Made by a program: the position numbers and the translations under genes. Source: a virus. From it: a stretch of DNA of 64,000 bases. Below, in pieces: positions 63,564-64,000 of the stretch. Each line of letters begins with the position of its first letter. Within the stretch, counting starts at the first letter, position 1. Location: the IMG/VR virus record IMGVR_UViG_3300020176_000008, positions 32,608 through 96,607 of that record; one strand, given 5' to 3'. The notes under the pieces are model-generated. The model worked only from the letters and a program-made list of their open reading frames with translations. It made no database searches and was not told where the DNA came from.

Positions 63564-64000
63564 ATGGCATACACTTTCGACCCCTACAACGCAGAAGGAT
63601 TGGGACTAACCATGGGAAGTGGTTACGGAATGACTTCAGCCGTACCATCTTTCACATATAAAGCCACGACTTTTAGCCCCGAATATTCAGTTCAGGGTTT
63701 AACCTATCCGGAAGACTTGGATTCAAGTAAATATGGTGGGAATAAAGTTGTGTTTTATATTAATGTCTCCGTAGATTCCAAAGTCCTGCGTAACGATGCT
63801 GGCGCTCTTGCTACAGTTGAGAATGTCCAACGCGATATGCGTGGAACATTAATTGGAGAAAAAATCGGATCAAATACCGCTAGTACGGTTGCCACGGCTG
63901 TGGGCGGTGGCGTTGCAGTTGGTGCTGCAGGTAGTGCAATCGGAAGTGCGGTTGGATTAGGAAGTGGTGTTGGAATAGCTGGAGGACTTGCAACTGGAGC
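63564..64000 (+). CDS. 48: Baseplate tail-tube cap gp48-like, 5' part (runs off window; not in ORF track)
   Basis: MAYTFDPY...LTYPEDL...GNKVVFYIN; divergent from gene 4. Confidence 0.65.
   Translation, partial: MAYTFDPYNAEGLGLTMGSGYGMTSAVPSFTYKATTFSPEYSVQGLTYPEDLDSSKYGGNKVVFYINVSVDSKVLRNDAGALATVENVQRDMRGTLIGEKIGSNTASTVATAVGGGVAVGAAGSAIGSAVGLGSGVGIAGGLATG

Noticed and set aside
63100-63648. Track's extended start for gene 4
   Set aside because: The extension crosses the divergent promoters and overlaps the gp48-like gene; ATG 63522 fits homologous N-termini

Overview
An AT-rich 64 kb segment of a large lytic T4-like myophage. The core genes 41, 42, 30, rnh, dsbA, 33, 59, 32, 26, 51, 16, 54, 2, 4 and 48 are recognisable. 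The host is probably a Gram-negative betaproteobacterium, inferred from spanins and a c551-type cytochrome c. In order, the window holds: (1) the helicase end and a cytosine-modification cluster (MazG-like pyrophosphatase, DenB-like nuclease, dCMP hydroxymethylase, dCMP deaminase, a putative amino-acid:DNA-transferase-like protein, an SGNH-like protein); (2) a late operon whose proteins often start with a T4 capsid-targeting-like peptide, plus Dps and spanins; (3) thyX, nrdA, nrdB, RNase H and DNA ligase; (4) nine tRNAs mixed with a structured RNA candidate and auxiliary genes (peroxiredoxin, PLP enzyme, cytochrome c, glyA); (5) a late envelope-protein cluster with a 13-copy Cys-rich repeat; (6) early accessory genes behind a repeated TGTACA-N17-TATAAT promoter and a 16-bp palindrome; (7) phoH, endolysin, 33, 59, 32; (8) a minus-strand baseplate/tail block. 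Best leads: cytosine hypermodification with no glucosyltransferase in view, a suite of apparently capsid-packaged enzymes, a probable -1 frameshift fusing gp26 to gp51 ahead of the tape-measure-like gene, and a phage cytochrome c. All family calls are by motif recognition and recalled reference sequences; no searches were run.
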